Source: Bacilli bacterium (GTDB lineage Bacteria; Bacillota_I; Bacilli_A; RFN20; CAG-826). Taken from it: DNA of 35,488 bases. Location: NCBI GenBank assembly GCA_045597865.1, contig JAZLKX010000048.1, forward strand, positions 1-35,488, written 5' to 3'. Under the pieces are notes generated by a model. That model did not search any database. It worked only from the letters and a program-made list of their open reading frames with translations, and was not told where the DNA came from. Below, piece by piece: positions 35,214 to 35,488 of this stretch. The position numbers and the translations under genes are program-made. Within the stretch, counting starts at the first letter, position 1. The number at the start of each line of letters is the position of its first letter.

Positions 35214-35281
35214 CATTATCAAAATCAAATGAACAACCATTTGATTTAATCAAACGGCAAAAATAATAAAAAGGTTGCGGT

Positions 35282-35473
35282 ATGAAAATTAAAACTCCAA
35301 AAACAATCAGAGAAAAGAAAGAGGAGAAAGTAAGAATCCTCTTCTCAAAGTATCGCGAGGACAACCCAGAGGTGTCCGACCGACAGATTATAGAGAAGAT
35401 TGCACGAATGCTCGTCATGGGGCATTCAACAGTCTATCGAATAGTAGTCAAGATGAAAAGCGAACAGCAATGA
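35282..35473 (+). CDS. Cro-like small HTH protein (63 aa)
   Basis: IIEKIARMLVMGHSTVYRIV HTH-like; divergent from the repressor. Confidence 0.7.
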   Translation: MKIKTPKTIREKKEEKVRILFSKYREDNPEVSDRQIIEKIARMLVMGHSTVYRIVVKMKSEQQ

Positions 35474-35488
35474 GCAAGGAACTGCAAC
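35470..35488 (+). CDS. Start of the next lytic-operon gene (partial)
   Basis: ATGA overlap with the Cro-like stop; MSKELQ... runs off the window. Confidence 0.45.

Larger units (their letters stand above)
1..35488. mobile_element. Temperate Caudoviricetes phage genome segment (Bacteroidota host; podovirus-like; probably excised/circular form)
   Basis: Terminase, capsid, scaffold, holin, integrase and CI/Cro-like pair are present; no host housekeeping genes; no tape-measure or major tail gene; Bacteroidota-type TAnnTTTG -7 boxes; phage genes on both sides of an attP-like site. Confidence 0.93.

Noticed and set aside
1-35488. Stop-codon reassignment as in some crAss-like and Lak phages
   Set aside because: Genes are full length in code 11, and TAA, TAG and TGA all occur as stops at tight gene junctions.

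Overview
The whole window is a 35.5-kb segment of a temperate tailed phage, probably podovirus-like. A Bacteroidota host (Prevotella/Bacteroides-like) is inferred from the TAnnTTTG promoters and the integrase type. From left to right: (1) a leftward ejection module with a giant >2100-aa polyvalent protein (1..6300, absent from the ORF track because it runs off the edge) and a 583-aa protein; (2) a rightward rhomboid protease / small ORF / large terminase operon; (3) a long leftward morphogenesis region (VRR-NUC nuclease, tail nozzle and adaptor proteins, gp14-like ejection protein, holin, B-repeat fibre, major capsid protein, scaffold); (4) an ~850-bp non-coding divergence point; (5) a rightward cluster of small early genes; (6) an apparently intact attP and a tyrosine integrase; (7) a repressor / aspartyl protease / membrane protein cassette and a Cro-like gene. 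No portal, endolysin or classical prohead protease is recognisable in the window. The lead hypothesis is that the major capsid protein carries an N-terminal membrane anchor that is removed by the phage-encoded rhomboid. Other signals are a palindromic operator shared by several promoters, SD-like GAGGGAAA boxes before late genes, tRNA-like RNAs without an anticodon arm, and a possibly frameshifted retropepsin next to the repressor. All protein family calls come from motif recognition by eye, not from database searches.
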